Source: Azolla caroliniana
Taxonomy: Eukaryota; Plantae; Polypodiophyta
Direction of reading: 5' to 3'
Length of the DNA: 64,000 nt
Assembly (NCBI GenBank): GCA_043228905.1
Contig: JBHGNT010000003.1
Coordinates: 1,674,001-1,738,000 of the forward strand
The notes beneath the pieces are model-generated. The model made no database searches. It was not told the DNA's origin and saw only the letters and a program-made list of their open reading frames with translations. How positions within the stretch are numbered: position 1 is the first letter of the stretch; every line of letters starts with the position of its first letter. The position numbers were made by a program, and so were the translations under genes. Shown piece after piece: positions 1-12,154 of the stretch.

Positions 1-2874
1 AACGCCTTGACGATCGGTCCGTGTCTGCGCTCCACCTTCCCATTCGCCTCCGGATTGTACGCAGTGGTAAGCGAGAGCTTGACTCCTAGCCGGTCGAACA
101 ACTCCTCGACCTCTTCGGCGTCCAACTCCCCGCGATCAGCCACGATCTTCCCGACGCACCCGTACCGGCATATCATGTCCTCAATCAGGAACCGACATAC
201 AACCACGGTCGTTTTGTTCTGAAGGGCTCGGCCTTCTACCTGGTTCGTCAGATCCTCCCGAGCCAGGACCAGATACCGCATCTGTCCTACTCCCATCGGC
301 ATCGTCACCAGGTCTACCATCCATTTGAAGTGGATGGTCGGAGGGTACGTAGGGTGAAGCTCGTCCCGATGTCGGACTATGGAGTGCATCTAACAGCTCT
401 CGCAAGTTGTCACGAACCGATGCACGTCCCGGTACAGTCCCGGCCACCAGTACTTCCCCTTTATCTTCTCGAACGTGGCCCACGTTCCACGGTGTCCAGC
501 CCAAGGGCTGTCGTGGTAGGCCGTCAACAGCTCCTCCTGTTCTTCCTTCATCGCCACCACCCGGAGCGGGACACCGTTCCTCTTCTTCGGGTGCTTCCAT
601 AAATATCCGTCTCGGAGAAAGAATCGGTATGCTTTCTTCCGGATCCGGTTGGTCTCGTCCCTTGTCCATGACGCATCCGGCGTCATGGTCCTTAAGAAAC
701 CACCGATCTGTAGCCACTCGCCGTCGTACTTGCTCTCGTCGAAGCCGTTAAGTGCCGGAGTGCTCGTCCCATCGGTCATCACGTACGCTGCCTCGAAGAA
801 GTCCACCCCGACTTCTTCGTCCTCCGAAACCATGCCGCCCTCGTCATCAAACCTCGCCCTCGAAAACATGTCAGCCATGGCGTTGTCCTTTCCGGAAATG
901 TGTCGTATTTCCGGGTCCAGGGACTTGATGTATGCTATCCACCTGAGCATCGCCAGGTCCGGTGTCGCGCATCCGGAAACCATGCCGAGAATTGGCAGGC
1001 AATCCGTCTCGATAATCACTTCTGTCCCGATCAGGTAGTCTTTGTCGGCCTTTACTGCCGAAACGATACCCCAGAGTTCGCGTTTAACCTGGGCGTACCC
1101 TCGCTGTCGCTCACTGAGGACCTTCGCGCCGAATCAGATCGGGAACCGAACACCGTCCTCGTCTTCTTGGTTGACGACCCATCCGATCCCGGTCGGACTC
1201 GTATCCACCGTTATGTATACCGGGGTATCCTTCTCGTAGACCGCCTTCCGGAGCGCCGGTGCTGCTGCAAGAGCTTCCTTCAGCTTCCAGACCGACTCCG
1301 TGTGCTCGTCTCGCCACTCGAATTTTCGCCCCTTCTTCAGCAACCCGTATAGCGGCTCCGCAACGTGGGCGTAATGCGGGATCCATATGTGGTAGAATGC
1401 GCATGCCCCCAAGAACCTCCGAACTTCCGTAACCGAGCTACAGCCGGTCTTCATCGCGGAGATGGCTTCTACCTTTGCCGGAGATGGCTTCCGGCCATAT
1501 GGTCCACATAGGTGTCCGACCACCAGGATTTCTGATTGCCCGAAGGCCGATTTCTCCCCGGAGAAGGTGAGCCTCGCACCCTCTAGCCTTTGTAGCACCC
1601 TCTCGCAGTCGTCGATGTGTGTTGCCACGAATCGCCGGCATCCGTCCGGCCCGAGTGTCTCGTCCTTCTCTTCCACCGGGCACCCCTTTATCGGGATGTC
1701 GTCTAGAAATGGCATGGTGATGTCCGAGATGCAATCCCTCAGTACCTTGTTCATTGCATTCACCATGTGGGCCACCGAGTTGGTCCCTCCTTGTGGCAGG
1801 GTACACATTCGCACTAGGCCGAGGGGAGTTCGCATCGTCGTAATGTCTCTGCTCTCCACGGCTAGCTGGAACTGGTCGTACCCCGAGTACAGATCACCGA
1901 CCGAATAAATCGACCTTCCGGCGAAGGCCTCCGCGAACTCGTCTATGGTTAGTCCGATTCCTGCGTTCCGAATGGTCACTCTGTTGACCGGCTGCAGGTC
2001 TTGGATGAAGCGCAATGTTCCGTTTTTCTTTGGTACAGTAAACCATCGGTTCGAGTATGGGGCACTTGACGGTTCGAGAATGCCCATATCGACTTTCTGC
2101 CTCAATAGCTCCATCAACTTTGGGATGTGAGCTCTCGGTACTGGAATCGGCTTGAGATTCCACGGCACATGCGGTACCGTGAATATCACCATCGGCTCCA
2201 CGATTGTCAGGTCTACGCACCCGATCTCTCCCGGTGAGAATGTGAAGGCTTTCCCGTGCCTTCCGAACATTCTCCGAAACCGGTCTTCTTCCGCCGGTAG
2301 TAGGAACCCGCCCCCACCGATTTTGAGCTCCCGGAGCGTCCCGTCGGTGAAGGTGTGTCCTATGCAGACCGGATCTCGTAAACTGGGGTCCGACGCAACC
2401 CCTCTGATTCGGGATTCGCTGCCCTCCGGTAAGGGTGCCGCGACTGGCCTTACCTTCCGGTCCACAGTCTTGTACTTTGTGCTGACTCGGGCCGTCCGAT
2501 CCGGTTCGAGCCCTTGACTGAAGTTCGCGATGACTTCGTACATTTCTTCGAAACATACTGGTATCGTCCGGTCTTCGTTAAGGTCTTCTCCGACTACCTT
2601 CCTCAGCATCCCCAAGGTGTCGTCGAAGGAGACCGCCTCCACGGCTCCGCTGATTTCCTCGTCCGGGCCAAGAACTCCGCACGCTCGAAGTCGCACCTTC
2701 GCCCTTGCCTTTTCTCGGCCAATGATGCCGACTATCATACACCCTCCGTTGTTGGAGAAGCAAAATTTTTTACTTATCGTACAGGGTTTCTTCGGTTTCG
2801 GTTCTATCGTACAGCTGTGGGGTCTTTCCCGAGTGTCCGGGCTGTCTCGGCCCCACGCCTTGGCAGCCCTCTCT
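1..2874 (-). pseudogene. Gypsy A pol (RT-RNaseH-integrase) with nonsense mutations
   Basis: Motifs DLYSGYDQ, LPQGGTNS, PFLDD, VDTSPTGIG, ETDC, H..GH..C..C. Homologous sequence continues across the TGA at 1134 and the TAG at 390. Confidence 0.92.
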
Positions 2875-4575
2875 AAAAATCCACCCGGTTCTCGCCATCG
2901 AGGGATTCACGGTTTCGCTCGTGGTTCGGTCGCACCGTCAGAAATTGGACCGAATGGCGCCCGTCCTTGCTTTTGACCCTCGCGTAGGCCGAACCGTTGT
3001 CTAGCACCTTGGTCTCCATCCGCGCCGTCGTGATGTATGGTTCCCCTAATATGACCGGGTGCGAGGACGTCTCCTGTACGAAGAAGTGCTGGTCAATCTC
3101 GACGTTGCCGATCTTGACTCGCACGTTCGGGCAGGCCCCGTGCAGTTCCTCGGTGGCGCGCGTCGCTGCCCGTATCTTCCACCCGTGCTTGGTGTTGATC
3201 GGCCACTTTCCCTTCTTATAGAAGTCCATGGACATCAGGTTTATTTCCGAACCGTGGTCCACCAGTGCCACCACCGGTTCCTGGACACCTCCGATCTTTA
3301 CCGGGGTCTCCGTGGTCGCTCGGGCCCAGTGTCGCCTCGAATAGTGGCTCTCCGCCCACTCATCTTCCAGCGCCAAGTCGTCGATGTGCGTCATCCGCAC
3401 CTCCACCGGTCTTTCCGGTTCCGTCTCCGTCGACAGCCTCTTCCGCTTCACCAAGTCCACAATGGAGTCGTGGAACTCCTTCTTGGCGATCCCTAGCACC
3501 TCCCGCAATGACAGCTCCACTTTGTTGTCGAGGATCCGTTCTTCTAGGACCTTTCGTAGGTCCGTGGTCCTTTCTATTTCCGTCCCCAATCGGTATCTGC
3601 CCTTCCTGGGGTTATCTTGCGCGCTGGACCCATCGACATCGTTCCGTCGTTGCCCGAATCGGGTCTCGTACAGTTGTGAGGGCCCGGCCGCTCCGCTTTC
3701 CCCACTCGTTTGTCTTCTACCAGAGCCTCGTAGTTCCGGCATGCGGCTTCTACGAAGCCCGTCTTCTCCTCGACCGGGTCGCTCCACCCGGTTATTTCCC
3801 GGACCCGTCTCTAAGCGCGGTCCGCTTCATCTTTCCTCAACCGTGCGCCGGCGAGGCCTTCCAACATTGCCAACCAGAATCCGTCTTTGCTCTTCTTTCG
3901 GGCCTCGCTACCCCCGACCCGAATACCGGCCGACGCCGAGTAGTGGATGGCCTCCACGTGCCGGGCCGCTGCCTCTTCCATCAGCCCAGTCGGTCGTCAG
4001 CCCAGTCGGTCGTCAGCCCAGTCGGTCGTCAGCCCGTCTTCGGTTTCTAGCAAGGAGCCTATTTGATCCCGGTCCCGCTTGTCCACCGACTTGACGAACA
4101 GTAGGACCCGGCTCGTATCCAGAATGGTTCGGTCAAGCGCCGAAAGGCGCGCAAAACGTTCCTCAAACTCCCGGAGGAGTGCCGACGCGTTTCTTCCCTT
4201 GCCGAGGAACTCCACCCATTCCATGAAGTCCCGTTTCGAAAGCCGGAGCGCGTTGTCCAGCCCGTATTTTTCTAGGAGTCGGCCTTCGAACTCCTCCCAG
4301 GTACGGCTCTCCGCCCGTACCTCGAGCACCTCCGCATGGATGCTCAGCATCGCCACTCCAGGGAACCCGGCAAGACGCCTCTTTTCCAGAATGTCCTGCA
4401 TCAGCATTTCTGCCCCGTAGGACGCCAAATACTTCGTGGCATCCTTTCCGCTGAACCGGCCTATCGTACCGACGACCACCTCAATGGCTCTGTCGAGGGC
4501 GCCGGTGCCCTCGCGTGCGCTCAATATCCGATCCACGGCCGAAGCCATGGCCTCCGCAAGATCTGACCCCTTCAT
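2873..4575 (-). pseudogene. Gypsy A gag-protease, frameshifted by a 16-bp triplication
   Basis: ORFs 3997-4830 and 2873-3787 match the N- and C-terminal halves of ORF 8409-10613; protease motif ALVDHGSEINL. Confidence 0.88.
3981..4035 (+). repeat. 16-bp tandem repeat TCAGCCCAGTCGGTCG x3 plus a partial unit
   Basis: Read directly; two extra units (32 bp) would shift the gag frame. Confidence 0.9.
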
Positions 4576-4598
4576 CTTCTGCTCTTCTGCCGCCTCTT

Positions 4599-4615
4599 TC
4601 ACGTCGGGTTCACCA
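4599..4615 (-). promoter_or_regulatory. Primer binding site complementary to the tRNA-Trp 3' end
   Basis: TGGTGAACCCGACGTGA 3 nt after the LTR; complement of plant tRNA-Trp ...TCACGTCGGGTTCACCA; same PBS in element B at 8356-8372. Confidence 0.85.
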
Positions 4616-4618
4616 AGA

Positions 4619-5247
4619 TGTCGAGGTATTCCTCGCGGATGCGTGGAATGAGGCGGGACCTCGGGGGTCTTGTACCGAAGAGCAAGAGAGAAAGGAGAAG
4701 GGAAGGGACCCACTACGTGCGAGCGTAGATCCACAGGGACACGGCCCTTCGACACGAAGACGCGAGCGGGGAAACCAACACAGAGAGGCACGAAGGTATG
4801 TATGTATATCTTAACAGAGACAAGCAACAAGAAGCACGAAGTCGGTTACAACCGAACAGGCCGGTGAACAGATGCCGATGCCTGTTCGTAAACGCTCAGA
4901 AAGAAGGGAGTAGGTTGGAGGTGCTGCCGAAAGCACTCGGGCATTCCTCAGAGCAGCGCGAGCCTCCCGAAAAACCTGCACAGAAAGAAGCTACGGAGTA
5001 TGGAAGAGAGAGAAGCCTTCGGCCCACAATCCGACAGCACTTCGTCCTCTCTTACTTTGCTATCTCGACACCCTCCTCGTCTCCCTCCTTTTATAGGCAA
5101 GGAAGGAACCGTTTCCCATTAACTTCCTACCTACCGAATCTACCTACCTAGGATCTTCTATGTACAACATAAGGCGTACGTGCATGAAGAGCCGGTTCCT
5201 ACGCTCCGGTGCACCGATTTCGCTTGTGGACGGTTTTCTTCACGACA
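4619..5247 (-). repeat. 5' LTR of Gypsy A
   Basis: TG...CA ends, outer end shares TGTCGTGAAGA with the B LTRs, adjacent PBS, TATA-like site near 5090. Confidence 0.82.
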
Positions 5248-5249
5248 AC

Positions 5250-5960
5250 GGGTACATGGAACCCCCCAATAACTGAATCAACATCATGCATCATGCAAGA
5301 TAAATTCTAATTGGGTCGGGCTATACAACTGCAATTGGACGGTTCCCTACGCAATGGTTGGTGGACATTGGGCATCCCTATCGAGGTGCTCAATACCTTT
5401 TGGAAGGGTCTCTGGGGTCTCCACATGCCTGAGAAGATCAAACTTATTTTGGTGGCAGATAAGCCATTACGTGGTTCCTATTGGCGAATGGCTAGGTAAA
5501 CGTGGCAGCCCGATAGCTTGGCCCTTGTGTTCTTCAACTATTGAGACTCTGAGACGCGGTTTGTGGGATTGCCCTCAAACTCAGAGAGTATGGGACATAG
5601 TGACTCGCCTCCTAACTGCATGCGAAGTGGAAGGAACAACATCGTGGAGTGGAGCGGCTTGGATTGATCTCTCGGTTGATAGCTAGACGGAGACCTTCAA
5701 TGTAGACAGTTGGTGCTATGAATGCACAAGAGGTAAACTCGTCAAGACCCGATTTGAGAGAGGCTTGAAGACCGCAACCCCTCGGTTCCAAGAGATTTGG
5801 ATGTTGATCGCAGGTTTCACCTATGGTATGTATGGAAAGCACGTTGCCTAAAGGACTTCCAAGATCAAGTATGCCACACATAGCAATTGATCATGGATAT
5901 ATGGTTTTCGGTTATCAACTACCTACAAGGGTAATTGGATGAGGTTTGTGCCCACACCAT
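5250..5960 (+). pseudogene. L1-type LINE 3' fragment (zf-RVT region)
   Basis: FWKGLWGLHMPEKIK and PLCSSTIETLRRGLWDCPQTQRVW resemble the LINE zf-RVT C..C..E...H....C motif. Confidence 0.65.
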
Positions 5961-6088
5961 GAACCATCCTCATGAACCATCTGCAACATAAAATAGGGAA
6001 TACCAAAACGTTTCTTTACTTTATTTTTCCATAAAGATTTCCTTCATTAGTATTAAGAAAAAACGTTGTAAGGCTACAAAGTGTACAA

Positions 6089-7269
6089 TTAGAGAGTGTT
6101 ATATACAAAAAGGATAATCAAGGGGAAGGACCAAGGATGATGATATTTCCAGATAGGTCCTTGAGAAGAGACCGTGAATAGAGGCAACTTCCTCCATAAT
6201 TGCAGTAATTTTTTCCTTTTCTTAAGAACAACCTCCGAAGGGCCCGACATATTGTCATATTGCCCACGCACTACCGCTAATAAGTTGTCCCATAATTCTA
6301 GCAATATATTTGAGAAAAGGGGAATTATAGAATCATATCGTCTTTTACACCGATACTTCCATAAGGTCCATAATGTAACCGTGGATATTGTTTTCCATAC
6401 ATGGGTTGCATGCATTTGCTTTCAAGGTTGTTGAAAAGGGGAGACAGATATTAGATGCTTGTTGATGACTGTCTTAGCCTCTAGAGCATCATCCGCCTCA
6501 TACAATAAGACATTGGAATGGAGAACCCCCCCATACCGTTGATCCCCAGGAGAATAGGCAACCTACATTAATTGTTAGGAATAAAGAAAGAACTTTATTC
6601 CATACCTGTTGGGCTATTGAACAGGACCAGAGAGCATGCTTGGTAGTTTCCTGCAAGTCACCACAATAACTACATTGTCTAAGAACGGGTGCCAAGTTTC
6701 CTTTCAAAGACTGACCTACTGGTAGTGTTGCATGTAGTAAAAGCCATCTGAAGAGAGTGTATTTTGTTGGTCCCCTAAAAGACCAAATCCATTTCCAATA
6801 AGCCATCAAGTGATTGCTTGATACACTCCACCTATTCCAGTGCTTTTGAGCCGTAGGAGTTGGAATATTCTTAGACATGAGTAAGGTTCTTCCAAATTTC
6901 ACAGTATACTGAAAGAACATAACTTTTTGCATTGGATCCATCATGGGACTAGTCCAAGACCATCCCCTTAGGTCCCACATTAGCCTATTTATTGGTTGTC
7001 GTGCATATAACCAAAGCATATCCAACAAATGGGCTTTTGACAGTTGTGGATCCAAGAGCCATTTCTTACCAGTTTTGGCAATCACCCTAACTGGAACAGC
7101 AAGCAGGTTTTGCAGCAAATGATCAGAGGGTGTATAAGGCTGCAATTTATTATCTTGTTGAATATGGAAATAAAAAATACACCCGTCTGTAGAAATTCCT
7201 TTAACAAAGAGCATCATGCCATTCGTCAGGCAACCAAACCACATATGCTCTTGCATTGGCTGAAGTCGT
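6089..7269 (-). pseudogene. L1-type LINE ORF2 3' part, interrupted by Gypsy B; continues at 28758-29470
   Basis: zf-RVT CSYCGDLQETTKHALWSC and WTLWKYRC motif; ORFs 6498-7307 and 28686-29480 abut the two ends of B. Confidence 0.8.
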
Positions 7270-8347
7270 TGTCGTGAAGATTTTCGGCAATAGTGTGAAA
7301 ATCCCATAAAACGTACGAAATCGAGTATAAATCACATAGTACAATAATTGTGAAGATAACATTTTAAATAGATTTAATATCTAAGTACAAAATGATGGAG
7401 GTTTCGAATGCACTTTATTACACGAGAAACGGACAACTAAATGTCAAGATATGAGGGTATAAAGTTTGTGAAAAGAAAAGAGAAAATTGTGAGATATCCC
7501 ACATAGGCACGACAAATACAGCTCTCATCATATATAAGGTGGAGCAAAAGATATTATCTTTGTGTCTATGTGTGGAGCATAGAGAGTTCAAGGTAGCTTG
7601 AACTAAGAGTGGAGGTGGGCTAGCTACTTGTAAAGGGTTTTGGCCAACCAAAATCGGACCGGCGATGGAGCCGGTGATCCGGCGGCATCCGACGGCAATT
7701 CGGCGACAGTGATCCGATGGCAATCCGGCGACGCACCGGCATCCGACGGCATCCGGCGAACCGGCGTCCGGCGACTAGATAAATAAATATATAAATATAT
7801 ATACATATTTACATATACAAGGAGGGCAAGTAAGGATTCGAACCTTGCACCTCCAAGTTAGGAGTCGATTGGCTTACCATTAAGCCATGCTATTTAGTTG
7901 AAATTATATTTCTATCATTGTACTTTTACATGTAAATTCTCATACATGAGAGCTAAAATGAGTGACATGGTTATCATGCACCACATGTAATACTTAAGCG
8001 CCAAATGGCAAACATGTAATTTATGCATGTCTTGTACCCTCACATGCATCATATGCATGAGAGCATCTATAAAAGAGGGAAGGGAGAGGAGAAAAAGGAC
8101 GGTTTTTTTATTATTATGAAATTAAGAAGAAGAAATTCGTTATCAAATTGATGGTGTAACTTGTTTCTTAAATCCAAAGATAAAACGTTCAATCGATCTT
8201 TCTCAATCGTTTAATCTCAACTTCTCTCTTTCCCAATCTATCTTAAGTACTTTCTCGCCAAAGCTTGTATCGACTCTAAATCCTTCCGGTCCAGAACCCC
8301 GGCGGTTCCGCCTCACGATCCGCACGTAGTGACGGATCTTCACGACA
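7270..8347 (+). repeat. 5' LTR of Gypsy B
   Basis: Near-identical to 27699-28757 apart from scattered substitutions and indels in a GC-rich CCGGCG repeat. Confidence 0.96.
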
Positions 8348-8414
8348 TAATGAAGTGGTGAACCCGACGTGAACGAGGCGGTAGGAAGGATCAAGTCGAG
8401 ATTAATACTTGGAG

Positions 8415-10613
8415 ATGGCGTCCTCAAGCAACCAAGCGGGAGAGCTCAAAAGGATGATGCTAATCGTCGAGCAAATGATGAGATCTCGGGACAACGATGC
8501 AAGCGTGGAGAAGGCTGTCGATCGTGTCGTAGAGCTCGAGGGCCAATTCGATGGAAGGAACGTTACGAAGTTCCTTGATGCATATAGAAGGGAGATGAAT
8601 CAAAGGGACGTGTCCGAGGCACGTCAGATCGCAAGCTTCAAGAGAGTTGTCGCCAACAACATCCAAAGACGCGTCATCGAGCTTCAAGAAGGTAAGACAA
8701 CATGGTCCGAGTTCGAGAAAATGATACTAGCAGAGTTCGTGACTGAAGACTCAACGAGGATGACACAACATGCCCTGATGAAGTGGATAGAGAAGAAGAA
8801 TAAGAAGATGAGCGTCTCGAGGGTGTACGACGAATTCGACCAGATGTTTAGTCGTCTCCCCAATACGAACCAAGTGTTGCTTGAAGAGGACAAGACTTTG
8901 TACTTCTTGAAGGCCGTGGACATAAAGGATAGACAGGAGTTGGGGACTCTTCTCGAAGATGATACCCAAGCAAATGGGCTCGTAGCGGATTGGATTGCGG
9001 TGAAGCGGGCATGCAATAGGCTCGACAAGCGTCGCCAATGGGTTGATGACACCGACTTGACGAGACCGACTACCACGGAGAAAGCAAGACCGCCGAAAGT
9101 AGTTGAGCCGCCAAGACAAAGTAACGTGGAAGAAAAGAAGATTGATGACGACATCATTGAAGAGCTAGCGAAGAAGTTCGAGAAGGTCACGCTAGCCAAC
9201 ATGAATCGTCGGGGCCCTAAAGGAAAAGAACCATTTAGATGCGTGTGGTGCGATAGCATGGACCACATGAGAAGGGATTGTGCGAGCCTTCGAGAGGCGA
9301 TTCGACAAAATATCATATACATAGAGGACAACATGATCTGCTCAAGCGAGACTAGAAGACCCCTACGGGTGAATTTCGGAAGAGGAGGAATGAAGAGATC
9401 TATGGAGGATGCCGATGTGACTCATGTGGATGCGATGCACTATGCTGCGTCGACCGGAATAAGAGTCGGGAAAGACAAGATTGAAGCTGCTAGAGCGGGA
9501 GCAAAGTTTTGGACTTCCGTTCTCGAATATGAGAAGAAGGGAAAAATCACATCGAACGAGGTAGAGCTTGCGGACCGAAGCGTGCAAAGCATAACCAGGT
9601 GGTCGGATCCGGTGGACGACAACACCATACTCGCAGACGTGATGTGCGACAACCACAAGGTGTTCGTCGAAGAAAAGAGAAAGAGAATAGAAGAGCAAGG
9701 GCCATCAAAAAGACATGAAACAAGGAACGCGAAAAAGAAGGACGATGCGGAGACGAGTCGACCTTTACAAACGGAGGAACGAGAATCAAGCCGAAAAGGG
9801 GAGCTGAGCATACGAGTTGAAGAAACGGTTCGGCCCGTGAAGGTTGGTGTCGAAGACCCCGCTCGGAGGACAAGGACCATACCTACCTATAAGCTAAGGT
9901 CGGACATAGAGCAGACGACGGACCTAAAGAAGATTCTCGAAGAACGAGTTCTTGATAGCCACGTAACTTTGTCCTTGAGGGAATTTCTTGGCATTACGAA
10001 GAAGGAGTTCCATGACACGATCGTGGACCTTGTAAAGAGAAAGAGACAACAATCGGACGAGGAAGAAGAGAAGCCGCAAAAAGCAAAAACGAATGCCATA
10101 ACGATGGCAAGAGACGAAATCGATGAAGATATGGTGGACAGCCACTACACTCGACCTCATTGGGCACGAGCGACAACGGAGACGCCGGTGAAGATCGGGG
10201 AGAAGAAAGAGACCGTCGTAGCCTTGATCGACCACGGCTCGGAGATCAACCTCATGTCAACCGACTTCTACAAGAAGGGAAGATGGCCAATCAATACAAA
10301 CCACGGATGGAAGATTCGTGCGGCAACAAAGTCTACGGAGGACTTGTACGGAGCTTGTCCCAATGTCAAAGTCACGATCGGGGATGTGGAGATGGATCAA
10401 CACTTCTTCGTACAAGAATCGGCGTCGCATCCTGTCATCCTAGGGCAACCTTATATCACATCATCTCGGATGGAGACCAAAGTGTTCGATAATGGAGCAG
10501 CCTTCGCACGAATAAAGATTCTTGACAACCAAAGATCGGTCCAATTCCTAACAGTGCGAGCCAATCATGAAAGGAATCGAGATAGTCTCAGAGGCGAATC
10601 CTCGGATTTTTAG
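8415..10613 (+). CDS. Gypsy B gag-protease polyprotein
   Basis: Uninterrupted ORF with CCHC knuckle CVWCDSMDHMRRDC and protease ALIDHGSEINL. Confidence 0.9.
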   Translation: MASSSNQAGELKRMMLIVEQMMRSRDNDASVEKAVDRVVELEGQFDGRNVTKFLDAYRREMNQRDVSEARQIASFKRVVANNIQRRVIELQEGKTTWSEFEKMILAEFVTEDSTRMTQHALMKWIEKKNKKMSVSRVYDEFDQMFSRLPNTNQVLLEEDKTLYFLKAVDIKDRQELGTLLEDDTQANGLVADWIAVKRACNRLDKRRQWVDDTDLTRPTTTEKARPPKVVEPPRQSNVEEKKIDDDIIEELAKKFEKVTLANMNRRGPKGKEPFRCVWCDSMDHMRRDCASLREAIRQNIIYIEDNMICSSETRRPLRVNFGRGGMKRSMEDADVTHVDAMHYAASTGIRVGKDKIEAARAGAKFWTSVLEYEKKGKITSNEVELADRSVQSITRWSDPVDDNTILADVMCDNHKVFVEEKRKRIEEQGPSKRHETRNAKKKDDAETSRPLQTEERESSRKGELSIRVEETVRPVKVGVEDPARRTRTIPTYKLRSDIEQTTDLKKILEERVLDSHVTLSLREFLGITKKEFHDTIVDLVKRKRQQSDEEEEKPQKAKTNAITMARDEIDEDMVDSHYTRPHWARATTETPVKIGEKKETVVALIDHGSEINLMSTDFYKKGRWPINTNHGWKIRAATKSTEDLYGACPNVKVTIGDVEMDQHFFVQESASHPVILGQPYITSSRMETKVFDNGAAFARIKILDNQRSVQFLTVRANHERNRDSLRGESSDF

Positions 10614-12154
10614 AGCGGACTATTGAAGCATGGGGCACAAATAGTCCGAGCAATCACAAGACCCCACAAGAAAGAAGAGTGCGTGGATTGCAAGGAGAAA
10701 CAACATGTGTCACACCTAGTGGCGCATGTAAACTAGTAGTACCCGACAAGAAGCACAAGTGCCGGATACAAGAATTCGAGAAGATGCTGAAAGAAGAGAA
10801 TATAATAGAAGAAGGAGAGTTCGTGACTCATATTATGGAAGAAGCCTCATTTAACGACACCATCGGCGAAATCGAGGACGTCGTGGACTTGAGCTATCTT
10901 CACAACCAACGCGTGATTTCGGTTAACTCCGTCAACATGTACGTTATCATCGATGAATACCGTCGTGGCATCTCGATGAAGGAAGCTGACATCAACACGA
11001 AATATAAAACGGTGGATAAGAAGATCAAGCCAGTTGCGGTTCCGCTACCGGAAGATAGCTGGCAAAAGATGAAGGAAGTCGCTAACGATCCAAGCTTAAG
11101 AGATCCGAAGAAGATAGGTCATGACTTCACCAAAGAGACGAAGGGGAAGCTACGAGTTGGAAAGGAGGATTTCCTTCTCCCTGAAGAGGAGCGAATGTTT
11201 CGCGATATGCTTGAGAGACATGGGAAGGCTTTCGCATTCTTCCCACGAGAAATCAAATGCGCCAACCCAAAGGTTATAGAGCCGATGGTGATCTTCACGG
11301 TGCCTCATTTGCCTTGGAATTTGAAACCGATACCGGTACCGAGAGCACACCTTCCGAAGCTGATCGAGCTCTTAAAGGAGAAGGTGAGTATGGGAATTCT
11401 AGAACCGTCAAATGCTCCTTATTCCAATAGGTGGTTCACGGTGCCGAAGAAGAATGGATCATTGCGATTCATCCAAGATCTTCAACCCGTCAACAAGGTG
11501 ACAATTCGAAATGCCGGAATCGGTCCGAGCGTGGACGAATTTGCCCAAGCGTTTGCGGGCCGGTCCATCAACTCCATTGGCGATCTCTACTCCGGATATG
11601 ACCAATTCCAATTGGCGATCGACAGTCGGGACATTACAACCATGAGGACTCCGATCGGGCTTGTGCGGATGTGTACCTTACCCCAAGGCGCAACGAACTC
11701 GGTGGCTCATATGGTGAATGCCATGAATAAAGTCTTGAAGGATTGCATTCCGGACATCACGATGCCATTCTTGGATGATATTCCGATAAAAGGATGTTCG
11801 GATGAGGAGAAAGATGAATTGAAAGATAAGGAAGGTTGTAGAAAGTTCGTTGCGGATCATATGAAAGATTGCGAGAAGGTGCTTCAAAGGCTCGAAGATG
11901 CGAATTTGACATTTTCGGGAGAAAAATCCGCATTCGGGCAACCGGAGATCTTGGTGGTAGGTCACTTGTGTGGAGCATACGGCCGGAAGCCCTCGCCATC
12001 CAAAGTGAACGCAATCCAAGACATGAAAGAAGAATGCGAAAACCAAACGGAGGTTCGAAGGTTCCTTGGAGCGTGCGCGTTTTATCATATATGGATTCCT
12101 CACTACGCTCATGTCGCCGAACCGTTATATGGACTACTAAAGAAAAGAATAAAG
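10604..12154 (+). pseudogene. Gypsy B pol 5' part (RT), entered in the -1 frame and cut by the Copia insertion
   Basis: Frame open from the G_GAT_TTT site; RT motifs LPQGATNS and FLDD; stops at the TAAAG TSD. Confidence 0.92.

Larger units (their letters stand above)
1..5247 (-). mobile_element. Ty3/Gypsy LTR retrotransposon A (no chromodomain in its relative B; same family as B), degenerate, 3' part runs off the window
   Basis: 5' LTR 4619-5247 (minus strand TGTCGTGAAGA...CTCGACA), PBS 4599-4615, gag-protease 4575-2873, RT (FLDD)/RNaseH/integrase 2874-1 with premature stops at 1134-1136 and 390-392. Confidence 0.93.

Noticed and set aside
7821-7890. Functional tRNA gene
   Set aside because: No convincing acceptor or anticodon stem and it lies within an LTR; kept only as a tRNA-like motif.
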